Source of the DNA: Opitutales bacterium
Lineage (GTDB): Bacteria; Verrucomicrobiota; Verrucomicrobiia; Opitutales; JAFGAQ01
Length of the DNA: 64,000 nt
Assembly (NCBI GenBank): GCA_033813415.1
Contig: JAPXRV010000006.1
Span: 10,384 to 74,383 of the forward strand
Direction of reading: 5' to 3'
The position numbers and the translations under genes are program-made. Shown piece by piece: positions 33,088 through 41,387 of the stretch. Each line of letters opens with the position of its first letter. The first letter of the stretch is position 1. The notes under the pieces were generated by a model that ran no database searches, was not told the DNA's origin, and saw only the letters and a list, made by a program, of their open reading frames with translations.

Positions 33088-34125
33088 ATGTCACATCGCC
33101 GCGCTGCCCTAGAAGGATGCCTGCTCGGCTGCGCAGTTGGTGATTCAATCTGTCTTCCGTATGAGGGTCTCGCACCTCGTCGAGTAGCCAAGGTGCTCCG
33201 GCTGCCGCTTAAGCATCGTTTCCTATTTGGACACGGTATGGTGAGCGATGATACCGATCATTCCGTGTTTGTTGCACAGTCATTGGCACGAAATCCGGTT
33301 GACCCTGATGGCTTTGTCCGCTGTCTCGCATGGAGGCTTCGGCTTTGGCTTCTTTGCCTGCCCGCTGGAATCGGAATGGCTACCCTGAAGAGCATTCTTC
33401 GGCTTTGGTGCGGAGTTTCATCATCACGAAGTGGCGTTTTCTCCGCCGGGAACGGAGCAGCCATGCGTTCGGCGATCATCGGTGTATTCCACTCGGAGGA
33501 CGACGATCTGCGGTATCGATTCACCCAAGCGTCTTCTGCCATTACGCACTCCGACCCCAAGGCCGGTTTCGGCGCACGAGCAGTAGCGGATCTTGCAGCG
33601 GCCGCGGCACGAAATTGTAATCAGATTCCTGTTTCAAGGCTTGAAGAAATACTCATTGGTGCGGGAGAGGGAGACGAGTGGAGGGAAACCGTCCAGAGAA
33701 CAGTTAATGCGTGTCGATCGAGAAAGATCGAGGAGGCCGTAACACCGTTAGGACTGAAGCGCGGGGTCTCGGGATACGTCCTACACACGCTGCCAGTAGC
33801 TGTGGCTGCATGGCATATCCATTTTGGAGACTTCAGGACGACCATTGAGACTGTCGTTAAACTCGGCGGAGACACGGATACAGTCGCGGCGATTGCGGGA
33901 GCATTGGCTGGGATCTCCTGCGCTATAGAGGGAATTCCGGACGATTGGATTGACGGCATCATGGATTACCCGCATAGTGCAGCGTATATTTCGAAGCTGG
34001 CGGAGACCTTGGACTCTGGGCAGACAGTGGATACCGGCTTCTCTTGGCTTCTATTCCCTCGCGGGATCCTATTTACACTTACAGTTCTCTGGCATGCATT
34101 GTTGAGAATACTTCCACCATACTAA
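33088..34125 (+). CDS. ADP-ribosylglycohydrolase family protein
   Basis: ALEGCLLGCAVGDSICLPYEG N-terminus and a C-terminal metal motif GGDTDTVAAIAGALAG. Hydrophobic C-terminal tail. Confidence 0.8.
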   Translation: MSHRRAALEGCLLGCAVGDSICLPYEGLAPRRVAKVLRLPLKHRFLFGHGMVSDDTDHSVFVAQSLARNPVDPDGFVRCLAWRLRLWLLCLPAGIGMATLKSILRLWCGVSSSRSGVFSAGNGAAMRSAIIGVFHSEDDDLRYRFTQASSAITHSDPKAGFGARAVADLAAAAARNCNQIPVSRLEEILIGAGEGDEWRETVQRTVNACRSRKIEEAVTPLGLKRGVSGYVLHTLPVAVAAWHIHFGDFRTTIETVVKLGGDTDTVAAIAGALAGISCAIEGIPDDWIDGIMDYPHSAAYISKLAETLDSGQTVDTGFSWLLFPRGILFTLTVLWHALLRILPPY

Positions 34126-34270
34126 CACGAAAAGCAGACAAACGCGCATGGAGAGCAACGCCTGACCCACCCCGAGTTCGAATGACTTACCGCAGTTCCA
34201 CCCCGCGTCCTGCATGGAGCGCACTCCCGGTCAGCTGTGCCTGATGTGCGACGTTGACGAAAGGAAAAAT

Positions 34271-35173
34271 ATGGCCATACCCGATTTCCAATCATTGATG
34301 AGGCCTCTACTTGAGGAACACAAAGACGGCAGAGAACACGTCAACAGGGAACTGGTAGCAGTGTTGGCCGAACGTTTTGGACTCACAGAAGATGAGAGAC
34401 GGGAGATGCTTCCAAGCGGCGGGGCAAGGCTTTTTGACAATCGCGTTGGTTGGGCCAAAACCCACATCCTCAAAGCCGGTCTATTATGTGCCCCCCGAAG
34501 AGCTATTTCCAAAATCACTGATATCGGAATTAAAGCGCTGCGAGACTACCCTGATCGGATAGACCTGAAGGTATTACAGGAATTTGAGGATTACCGTGAA
34601 TTCCGAACCGTTCGCCGATCACCTGATGAGGAGTATTCTGAAGTTGCAACGACACCCAGTAAAACGCCGGAGGAACTACTGGATTTTGCATACCTTGAGG
34701 TGAGAAAACAAGTCGAGTCCGATCTTCTGGAACAGATCAAAAACAATCCACCGCTCTTTCTGGAAAAAGTCGTCGTTGATCTCGTTGTAACAATGGGTTA
34801 CGGAGGCAGCCGGAAGGACGCGGGTGAAGCAATTGGAAAATCAGGAGATGAAGGAATCGACGGAATAATCAAAGAAGACCCTCTGGGTCTGGATATCATT
34901 TACTTGCAGGCAAAGCGATGGGAAGGCCCTGTAGGACGCCCCGAGATTCAGAAGTTTGCTGGTGCGCTGCAAGGACAGCGCGCAAAAAAGGGCATTTTCA
35001 TCACCACCTCTTCGTTTACGAACGATGCTCTGGATTACGTGTCGAAAATCGAAACAAAAATCATCCTGATAGATGGCATTCGCTTAACGAAACTCATGTT
35101 CGACTACGGAATTGGTGTTGCATCTTCATCCGTGTATGAAGTCAAGCGAATCGACTCTGACTACTTCACATAA
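34271..35173 (+). CDS. mrr: Mrr-type restriction endonuclease (Mrr_N winged helix + Mrr catalytic domain)
   Basis: MAIPDFQSLMRPLLEEH N-terminal domain, and a PD-(D/E)xK-like core (GDEGIDGII...IYLQAKRW...GIFITTSSFT). Confidence 0.85.
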   Translation: MAIPDFQSLMRPLLEEHKDGREHVNRELVAVLAERFGLTEDERREMLPSGGARLFDNRVGWAKTHILKAGLLCAPRRAISKITDIGIKALRDYPDRIDLKVLQEFEDYREFRTVRRSPDEEYSEVATTPSKTPEELLDFAYLEVRKQVESDLLEQIKNNPPLFLEKVVVDLVVTMGYGGSRKDAGEAIGKSGDEGIDGIIKEDPLGLDIIYLQAKRWEGPVGRPEIQKFAGALQGQRAKKGIFITTSSFTNDALDYVSKIETKIILIDGIRLTKLMFDYGIGVASSSVYEVKRIDSDYFT

Positions 35174-35263
35174 AACAACACAGGCCGAATCACCACCCCG
35201 GCCGGTCGCCTTCTCCATCGCCCTCAGATGGCAACCAATAACACTGATGGGCGAAATAATACT

Positions 35264-35641
35264 ATGAGCGCTTCACTTTACATCGTAGCCGAGAACCTGC
35301 CGGACGGACTGGATATTCACGTAAACGGACACTCTCTCTCGAAGTCGGAAGAGCAGCTTTCGCAGGTAGCGAAGCGGCTCGAAGTGCGAGAGCTCATGAG
35401 TTTTTTCAGTCAGGATCCAGACGAGGCTTCCGATTTCGTCGAGGATGACACTATGATTCCCGAAGAGCAGTGGTTTACGGCAGCTGAAGGCCTCGCGACG
35501 ATCCAAGCGCTCATCGGCCATTTCACATCCCCCTCATCGAGCGCCGAAATAGCTGTTGTCGACGAGCTTCGTGAGTTTGAGCGCGTTCTCCTAAGCTTGA
35601 AAGAGGTCGATTCTAGATGGCACCTTGCAGTCGATTTCTGA
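35264..35641 (+). CDS. Acidic hypothetical protein
   Basis: MSASLYIVAENLPDGLDIHVNGHSLSK...WFTAAEGLATIQALIGH...REFERVLLSLKEVDSRWHLAVDF. Looks like a conserved hypothetical of unknown function. Start is 35228 or 35264. Confidence 0.5.
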   Translation: MSASLYIVAENLPDGLDIHVNGHSLSKSEEQLSQVAKRLEVRELMSFFSQDPDEASDFVEDDTMIPEEQWFTAAEGLATIQALIGHFTSPSSSAEIAVVDELREFERVLLSLKEVDSRWHLAVDF

Positions 35642-35747
35642 TGTTCAAGAATGAGCCCATCCAATCGGTCGCGGAAGAATGAAAAGAATCTCACGCCCGC
35701 TTGATCCGACTGCGTTGGATCTTCGCTCAAGACCCAAAGAACCAAAA

Positions 35748-35927
35748 ATGCATTCATCGATTCATACTACAAAAACCGGACTCGAGCTTCATGTCCGGGA
35801 GGCAATCCCGGATGATTCCGCGAAGTTAATCGCCTTTCTTGAGGACACATCAGGAGAGTCAGATAATCTGTCTTTTGGGCCTGGAGACCTCGGCCTCTCC
35901 GAAGAGAAAGAAGGGATTCCTGATTGA
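35748..35927 (+). pseudogene. GNAT acetyltransferase N-terminal fragment
   Basis: MHSSIHTTKTGLELHVREAIPDDSAKLIAFLEDTSGESDNLSF... resembles the first third of a GNAT enzyme. It stops after 59 codons from that Met. A GNAT-like continuation (FLIEGRIVDSLRVVGRSF) appears in another frame and then runs into the repeat at 36099. Confidence 0.5.
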
Positions 35928-36098
35928 GGGAAGAATTGTGGATTCCCTCAGGGTTGTTGGTCGGTCGTTTGACACCTATCGCATGGGGCGTCGGATTGAA
36001 CCCATCGCCTGATGCATCAATCGATCCGACTTCACCACCTCTGCGCCCCAGCGTCTCAGCGCGAGAATAACAAGCTCCAATAGCCACCTCAGGTCCCC

Positions 36099-36284
36099 AT
36101 TGAGGCCTTAGCTCAAACAGCCACGGGGCCGTACAGGGCAGTTCCCGATCTGGCATGGGCTGTTGGCCCGAAGTGAAGAAGAATCCAGGTGCCACGGAGA
36201 TCGGGAACGCCCGGAGATCCCAGCCAGCGGTTGTTTCAAGCGAGTTGAACAATCGAACCGGAGCTCATTTATCCGCAGCGGTGA
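36099..36284. repeat. Structured repeat family, copy 1 (full length, 186 nt)
   Basis: Aligns along its length with 39574-39759, identical apart from scattered substitutions (no percentage computed). Contains complementary segments gggcagttcccgatc / gatcgggaacgccc and aacagcc / ggctgtt. Confidence 0.85.
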
Positions 36285-36328
36285 CGTTCGGAGATTGACT
36301 AAACTCCGAAAAAAGATAACCTAATTCC

Positions 36329-36514
36329 ATGTCCATTAAGGAATTGGTCATCGAGAAAATCCGGGAAATGCCTGAGACTTCGACTTTCGAGGAAATCGAA
36401 GAGCGCATCCGTTTCATGTCTGGAGTTCAGAAAGCAATCAACTCGATTGATTCCGGTAAGGGGATTTCGACCGACCAAGTCCGGAACAAGATAATAGAAT
36501 GGACTACGAAGTAG
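36329..36514 (+). CDS. Small antitoxin-like protein (addiction-module antidote type)
   Basis: 61 aa, MSIKELVIEKIREMPETSTFEEIEERIRFMSGVQKAINSIDSGKGISTDQVRNKIIEWTTK. The 3' end overlaps by 16 nt the ATG of a toxin-like ORF (MDYEVEFSPES...). Confidence 0.55.
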   Translation: MSIKELVIEKIREMPETSTFEEIEERIRFMSGVQKAINSIDSGKGISTDQVRNKIIEWTTK

Positions 36515-36728
36515 AGTTCTCTCCCGAATCCGTCTTGACCAAGGGGACTTGGTAGCCGTTTCAGAGCATCCAAATGGAGACAAGTATCCTGATCAGAAGA
36601 TCATGTATGTTCGGGTAGAAGACTACATCTACCTGGTTCCATATGTGCAATCAGGGGATCTGAAGTTTCTGAAGACGATCATTCCGAGTCGGAAAGCTAC
36701 GAGAATATACATAGAGGGGAAAAGATGA
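36499..36728 (+). pseudogene. Disrupted toxin gene (RelE/ParE-like start, BrnT-like C-terminus)
   Basis: The ATG frame gives MDYEVEFSPESVLTKGTW and stops at 36553-36555. A different frame, open from 36498 with no ATG before 36603, gives ...DLVAVSEHPNGDKYPDQKIMYVRVEDYIYLVPYVQSGDLKFLKTIIPSRKATRIYIEGKR, a BrnT-like tail. Its TGA overlaps the next gene's ATG (ATGA). Confidence 0.5.
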
Positions 36729-37027
36729 ACTACGACGATTTTGAACAGGAATTGCTTGAGCATGAAGATGAAATTCTGGCTAACGCCAGAATTCCCACCG
36801 ATCACGAGAAACAACTTTTCCGGGAAGCGGCCCACAACACCTTGAGTAAAGACAAGAGAATCAATATCCGGATCTCATCGCGGGACCTCGGCTCACTGCA
36901 GCGCCGGGCCAATCGATATGGAATGCCGTATCAAACCCTTATTACGAGCATCCTGCATCGTTACATTTCCGGCGATATCAAGGAGATAGAGATTCCATCG
37001 GGCCCCCGGGACGGGTTGAGGGGTTAG
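36725..37027 (+). CDS. BrnA-like ribbon-helix-helix antitoxin
   Basis: ...KRINIRISSRDLGSLQRRANRYGMPYQTLITSILHRYISGD fits the BrnA/CopG-type antitoxin pattern. The last 10 codons are supplied by repeat copy 2, so the native 3' end was probably replaced. Confidence 0.6.
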   Translation: MNYDDFEQELLEHEDEILANARIPTDHEKQLFREAAHNTLSKDKRINIRISSRDLGSLQRRANRYGMPYQTLITSILHRYISGDIKEIEIPSGPRDGLRG

Positions 37028-37066
37028 CTCAAACAGCCACGGGGCCGTGCAGGGCAGTTCCCGATC
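36997..37066. repeat. Structured repeat family, copy 2 (5' 70 nt only)
   Basis: atcgggcccccgggacgggttgaggggttagctcaaacagccacggggccgtgcagggcagttcccgatc matches 39556-39625 and then diverges. Confidence 0.85.
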
Positions 37067-37233
37067 CGATACACGCTCGTCAATCCAACGCTGGACGCAA
37101 GGCACTGGATGTAGTTTTCGTGTTCAAAATCCTCATACTGCAGCGTCTCCACAGTGTATCAGACGAGCACGTTGAGTGTCAGATCAATCACCAGACTTTC
37201 TTCTGTCGATTTCGTTTATACTTTCCACGCAGC

Positions 37234-39333
37234 CTAATACTTAAAATAGAACACTAACTCATCGGGGTGGGGCTCTGTGTAGTCGCTGTAGCGATCGAAC
37301 ATCCGGTGGTAGACAACTGGCTTGCCCGGGCGGTCTTCCAGAAGGTTCCATGCGCCCCTTACCTTATAGTTGCCATGATCGTGAAAGCGATGGTGAAACA
37401 CATGGGCCGCAATGATGACTGAGCCTTCGCGAAACTGGTGGGGAATGTTAGGCAGGTAGTAGTGGGTTGACTGTCCACGCACCTGCTCAAACTGTTCTAT
37501 GCAGCTGCGTGAGATGTCGCAGGCCTTCGACCAGTTGTTACGCTGGCTCTGCATGAATACGGAGAGTATCAGCAGGTAGCAAATCGTAAGCGCCGGTATA
37601 ATGCCCTTTTGCAGATATGTTGATCTCGCGTGCATTAATGCAGCATGCATCCCGTAAGCCAAGAGCAACACCATGATGAAGCTCGGCAGGTAATGCCAGC
37701 GGGTGCCCGCTGAGCTATTGAATGGGATGGTGAAATCCAGAATGGGTAGTAGTGAAAACACAAAGGCGAGAGCCAGCAAGATGAACGCTCGGAATCTACC
37801 CCATGCCGCCATGATAAGCGCTGAGGCCATGAGCATGATATTAAGGAATGTGAGGGCTGTGTAGAAGGCGTTGTCCTGCGCGATTGCCGGTGTCACAAAT
37901 GGATGGAGCAACTCGACGAGGTTGAGGTTGCGCAGTAGCTCAAAGTAGTTTCCATAGGCCCCGCCAAATGCCGACAGGAATCGTGAGCGCAAATACATGT
38001 AGAGCATCAGAGAGAGGCAGACTGCGCCCATATTAGCATAGAATCGAGAATTCCTGAAAATCGCCCTTACCGGGTAGCGAATGGCCAATATCAGACCGTA
38101 TACGGCCGGCAAAGTGAGCGCAGATTCCTTACCCAAATAGGCGAAGAGGGATGCTGAGAACAAGCCGATTGGCACCCATAGCAAGCGCAAACGGGAGGAT
38201 TTTCCGTCTGATTCCAAGTCAAGCCCGAAAAACAACACGATGAGTGAACCCGTGACAGCTGCAAGATCCGACTGCAGGCAAAACCACAAGGTGGACTCGC
38301 CCGCCCAGGGATTGAGAAAGTAGAGCACGCCTGCAAACACACTGACGCGCAGGTCCGCGATGAGTTTCCAAACGAGGCATGCCAAAAGGCTACAATTCAG
38401 TATATGAATGAGTAGTGAGACGATGGAGAAAAGCGTTGGAGCCTCCCAACCGAAGAGGTGGATCTGGATTTTGAAAAGAGTAAAAACGAGGGGACGATAA
38501 AAGCTGATGTGCGCTTCGTTGAACAGGTTCAGCAAGGAGTTGTGTTTCGCGATGTCGAGCACCCAAAAGTCATCCATCAGAAAGTAATAATTGAGGCTGA
38601 ATAGGAGGGCGAAGAAAAGATTCAGCACGATTACGATCGTCAGGCCAATACTGAGAACCGGAGCCACCTTGAAAAAGCCAACTTGCCGAACATTCGGGGT
38701 GCCTAAGGGGCTGGATTGAGAGCGCAGCCAGTTATAGGCGGAAATTCCTGCAGGGGTCATTAAATGGCAGCAACCGGCAATGGTAACAAAAAAGGAGACA
38801 AAGATCAGGGCAATGTGCCAAAGGGCTAAGGGATGTGGATAAGTCTGGGGAAACGATTGGGGATCCAGGCTTCCCGGCATGTTGAGGCTAAGCTGAGGGT
38901 CTCCATTCCCGGGGGCGGAGGTAAGCTCGATTGAGGAGTCGCGCAGGTTGAACGAGTCGATTCCGCTAGCGGGTTGTAGTCTGCTCAGTGGAATGACCTC
39001 ATGGTCAACTCCTCGATCATCCGTAATACGGATATCGAAGATGCGCATGGAATTCCCGGGTATCGTCGTGGGGTCGAATCGGATGCCATGGACCGATATC
39101 TTCGGTAGCAGGAATCGCGTGGGGAAGTAGCCTTGATAGGCGGCAACTGCTGACTCCTGTTCACTCCAACCCTTGCCTGTGTCATAAAACACCTGGGCCA
39201 CACTAGCCTGAGGATTTTCAAGGGTGACGGTGAGATAATAGATAGGGGACTGGGGCGTGGATCTATGATAAACGGCAATCGTAATGAGGAACGAAGCCAC
39301 CACAGAAATGAGTGTTTGAACAACGGATTTCAT
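37234..39333 (-). CDS. Large polytopic membrane protein with an N-terminal extracytoplasmic domain (glycosyltransferase-C/PMT-like topology suspected)
   Basis: 699 aa. A TM anchor is followed by a soluble domain of about 150 aa, then more than 10 hydrophobic helices and a C-terminal soluble region. The region looks AT-richer than its neighbours by eye. Confidence 0.7.
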   Translation of the reverse strand: MKSVVQTLISVVASFLITIAVYHRSTPQSPIYYLTVTLENPQASVAQVFYDTGKGWSEQESAVAAYQGYFPTRFLLPKISVHGIRFDPTTIPGNSMRIFDIRITDDRGVDHEVIPLSRLQPASGIDSFNLRDSSIELTSAPGNGDPQLSLNMPGSLDPQSFPQTYPHPLALWHIALIFVSFFVTIAGCCHLMTPAGISAYNWLRSQSSPLGTPNVRQVGFFKVAPVLSIGLTIVIVLNLFFALLFSLNYYFLMDDFWVLDIAKHNSLLNLFNEAHISFYRPLVFTLFKIQIHLFGWEAPTLFSIVSLLIHILNCSLLACLVWKLIADLRVSVFAGVLYFLNPWAGESTLWFCLQSDLAAVTGSLIVLFFGLDLESDGKSSRLRLLWVPIGLFSASLFAYLGKESALTLPAVYGLILAIRYPVRAIFRNSRFYANMGAVCLSLMLYMYLRSRFLSAFGGAYGNYFELLRNLNLVELLHPFVTPAIAQDNAFYTALTFLNIMLMASALIMAAWGRFRAFILLALAFVFSLLPILDFTIPFNSSAGTRWHYLPSFIMVLLLAYGMHAALMHARSTYLQKGIIPALTICYLLILSVFMQSQRNNWSKACDISRSCIEQFEQVRGQSTHYYLPNIPHQFREGSVIIAAHVFHHRFHDHGNYKVRGAWNLLEDRPGKPVVYHRMFDRYSDYTEPHPDELVFYFKY

Positions 39334-39555
39334 GCACCACTGAAAAGAATCAATAACCGAATTTTACATTTAAGGAAGTCTCCGCTGAAAGGGAGGGCTA
39401 AGAGCAGAGAAATCCAAAATTGAACATTATGATCGGATTTGATGGGTTGGTGTCAGTGAAATTGCGCAGCTAACCGGAAAAATCGGACGAAATTCCGGAT
39501 GCGTCAAAATAAAAGGTATACAGGGCGTGGATCTGAAAATCCGGCCTCTCCCCGA

Positions 39556-39759
39556 ATCGGGCCCCCGGGACGGGTTGAGGGGTTAGCTCAAACAGCCAGA
39601 GGGCCGTGCAGGGCAGTTCCCGATCTGGAATGGGCTGTTGGCCCAAAGTGAAGACGAATCCAGATGGCCCGAAGATCGGGAACGCCCGGAGATCCCAGCC
39701 AGCGGTTGTTTCGTGCAAGTTGAACAGTCGAACCGGAGCTCATCCGTCCGCAGCGGTGA
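39556..39759. repeat. Structured repeat family, copy 3 (longest, 204 nt)
   Basis: Shares the 5' extension with copy 2 and the body with copy 1. Same orientation as both. Confidence 0.85.
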
Positions 39760-39917
39760 TGAGAGAAGAAGATGAGGACGGCTTGCCGTGAGCTTGGTCG
39801 AATGGGTTTGCCGTGACCTTCGTCGAATGGGTTAAATCATGAGCTTCGTCGAATGGCTGAAGCCGACCCCTCCGGAAGACACCGCAACAATCGAAGGAGA
39901 CACCGTAGTCCAAGCGC

Positions 39918-41231
39918 TCAGGGCTTGGATTTGTTCCGGTTAAGGTATTCATCGCTGTCCCGCAATCTCGACACCAGGGCCTCGTAACTCATATCCTGTT
40001 GCAGCATTTGCTTGCGGTAGGCTTCAAATCCCTGCGGATCCGGCTCCCGCCCGAGCACCTCACGGTAGGCCTTCTTCACAAGCTCCGGAACCGTCCGGGT
40101 GCGATACTCCGGGCTCTCGCGCAAGTGCTTCTTCACCCGCTCGTAGTCCCAGTCGTTCTTGGCAATCTGCTTGCGCAGCCCTTCAAAGGCTGTCCCATCC
40201 GGCTCACGCAACAACACCTCGTTGTAGGCCTTTTTGATCATCTGGTGAGGGCGATCATATTGATACTCCCGGCTTTCCCGGATCATCTTGCGGAGCTTCT
40301 TCTCCTCCCACTTGTCCGAATAGGCCACCTGCACATAGTGATCGATCTCGCTTGGACTCGGCTGCCGGTCAAGTAGATCCTCGTAGGCCCGGATCACCAT
40401 CCGCTTGAGCTCCGGACCGCGCGCCTCGATGCTTTCACTCAGGTGATTGCGCAGGCGCTGCTCCGACCATCCTTCATCCAACATCCGGCGGCGATAGGCC
40501 CGCATCCCGGTGTCATCCGGTTCGCGGGAGAGTATATCCCGGTAGGCCTTACGGATGATGCGTTCCACTTCTGCTCCATCCACCCACCTGACCTTTTCAT
40601 CCACCAGATAGGTGTCATCCAAAGGTTCTTCCGTATCGTCCCAATTATCCTCGCGGTCATCCCAACGGCGCGAACCCCGATCATCCCAGCCATCCGAATC
40701 ACGGTCACTTCCACGCCCGCTCTCACGATCCTTCCATCCATACTCTCCGGAACCCTCTCTTCCGGATCGTTCACCACGACGGTTGGACCCCCGGTCAAAA
40801 CGATCAAGCTGCTCGCTGAAATCGGACCGGATACGGCGTCTGAACTCCCGCCGGGATAATCCATCACCCCATAGCAGCTTTCCATAGTTTATCCGCTCCT
40901 TCTGCGTCGGTGCCCGCCCGAGCTCATCTTCAAACGCCCAATTGATCCACTGTTCACGCTCACTGAAGGTGAGAACATAATCCGGGCGAACCCGCTCACG
41001 ATTGCGCAATTCGATGTCACGCCTCACGTCATCCAAAGTCCAGTTGTCCGCAGTCATGTAGGAACGGTAGCGTTTAAGCTCATAATAACCGGGCTCACGG
41101 CCGAGCGAATCATAAAAGGCACTCACCAACTCACGGTCAGATTCGTCCTCCCACTCGAAACGTCCTTGCAGGCACGCGGGAAGGGAGAGTAGAGCAAATG
41201 CGATCCACAAACAGATCAGAGGTTTTTTCAT
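39918..41231 (-). CDS. Lipoprotein with multiple DUF4214-like repeats
   Basis: MKKPLICLWIAFALLSLPAC lipobox. Repeated A(Y/F)(R/E)xxLxREPDxxGxxxYxxxM...S.EY units and a central RG/RD/W-rich low-complexity stretch. Start trimmed to 41231. Confidence 0.7.
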   Translation of the reverse strand: MKKPLICLWIAFALLSLPACLQGRFEWEDESDRELVSAFYDSLGREPGYYELKRYRSYMTADNWTLDDVRRDIELRNRERVRPDYVLTFSEREQWINWAFEDELGRAPTQKERINYGKLLWGDGLSRREFRRRIRSDFSEQLDRFDRGSNRRGERSGREGSGEYGWKDRESGRGSDRDSDGWDDRGSRRWDDREDNWDDTEEPLDDTYLVDEKVRWVDGAEVERIIRKAYRDILSREPDDTGMRAYRRRMLDEGWSEQRLRNHLSESIEARGPELKRMVIRAYEDLLDRQPSPSEIDHYVQVAYSDKWEEKKLRKMIRESREYQYDRPHQMIKKAYNEVLLREPDGTAFEGLRKQIAKNDWDYERVKKHLRESPEYRTRTVPELVKKAYREVLGREPDPQGFEAYRKQMLQQDMSYEALVSRLRDSDEYLNRNKSKP

Positions 41232-41387
41232 GGTCGTTGGGAAATCGGGATTCAACACTAGAGGATAAGACGGAACACGAAGAAACGTATTCACCGGAAG
41301 CCGCATTACCAGCGAAATTCTTGAATTTCTTTCGTCTCCTGAAGCTTCCCGTTTGCATGGGATCACGATTCGCATACATCAAATACC

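Noticed and set aside
35767-36252. 161-aa ORF, and the similar 82-aa ORF 39470..39718, sharing ...AGWDLRAFPI...DRELPCTAPWLFEL
   Set aside because: The shared peptide is explained by the DNA repeat. Differences between the copies are mostly non-synonymous, and the ORFs have different starts and ends. A tiny conserved peptide cannot be completely excluded.
36240-36262. tRNA-like GGTTCGA (T-loop-like) motif on the minus strand of the structured repeat
   Set aside because: I could not fold flanking sequence into a T-stem or a cloverleaf, so this is likely coincidental.
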